From: Pseudomonadota bacterium
GTDB lineage: Bacteria > Pseudomonadota > Alphaproteobacteria > SHVZ01
NCBI GenBank assembly: GCA_016195085.1
Contig: JACQAG010000022.1
Span: 143,918-207,917 of the forward strand
Length of the DNA: 64,000 bases
Reading direction: 5' to 3'
Of the stretch, positions 63,819-64,000 are shown in pieces. Within the stretch, counting starts at the first letter, position 1; the number at the start of each line of letters is the position of its first letter. The notes beneath the pieces were generated by a model. The model ran no database searches. It was not told the origin of the DNA and saw only the letters and a program-made list of their open reading frames with translations. The translations under genes were made by a program, and so were the position numbers.

Positions 63819-64000
63819 TAGCGAATGCGCGGATCGAGGACGGCGTAGAGCAGATCGATCGCCAGATTGATGAGGACATATATCCCCGACACCACCAGCA
63901 GCGCGCCTTGAATCACCGGATAGTCGCGATACAGCACGGCTTGGACGATCAGCTTGCCCACGCCTGGCAACGCGAAAACAGTTTCGGTGACGATGGCACC
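63815..64000 (-). CDS. ABC transporter permease, DppB/OppB type, C-terminal 61 codons (5' end outside window)
   Basis: The reverse-strand translation of 64000..63815 reads GAIVTETVFALPGVGKLIVQAVLYRDYPVIQGALLVVSGIYVLINLAIDLLYAVLDPRIRY*, the conserved C-terminus of this family. Confidence 0.85.
   Translation of the reverse strand, partial: GAIVTETVFALPGVGKLIVQAVLYRDYPVIQGALLVVSGIYVLINLAIDLLYAVLDPRIRY

Overview
High-GC (about 65%) chromosomal segment that looks alphaproteobacterial, probably Hyphomicrobiales/Bradyrhizobiaceae-like; that placement is inferred from protein families and one intergenic repeat type. It is densely coding, with about 57 genes. I saw no rRNA, tRNA, CRISPR array, transposase or integrase. 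Contents in order: (1) an eight-gene Dpp/Opp-type ABC importer operon extended by translationally coupled hydrolase, creatininase-family and flavoprotein genes; (2) a chemoreceptor; (3) a fused NanE/NanK-like gene; (4) an MHS-type MFS transporter and an acyl-CoA synthetase; (5) a CheY / small membrane protein / SLC5-fused histidine kinase / LuxR-type regulator module; (6) several orphan family-5 binding proteins next to catabolic enzymes (MetE-like, Cys/Met PLP enzyme, FMN hydroxy-acid oxidase, ceramidase-like, enolase superfamily, HpcH aldolase); (7) a phosphorelay cluster of a sensor-less kinase plus a REC-PAS-kinase-REC hybrid, flanked by two decayed signalling genes; (8) a tightly coupled GNAT / RimK-type ATP-grasp / SET-domain operon, which I rate the most unusual system here; (9) a kinase / cupredoxin / outer-membrane-protein trio; (10) two more Dpp-type permease sets with no ATPase genes in the usual position; (11) a LysR / DoxX / pirin module. 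Many long reverse-strand or out-of-frame ORFs in the track are GC-driven shadow ORFs and were not called. Start codons were chosen by codon offset within the supplied ORFs plus visible Shine-Dalgarno motifs. All functional calls rest on motif recognition by eye, not database searches.
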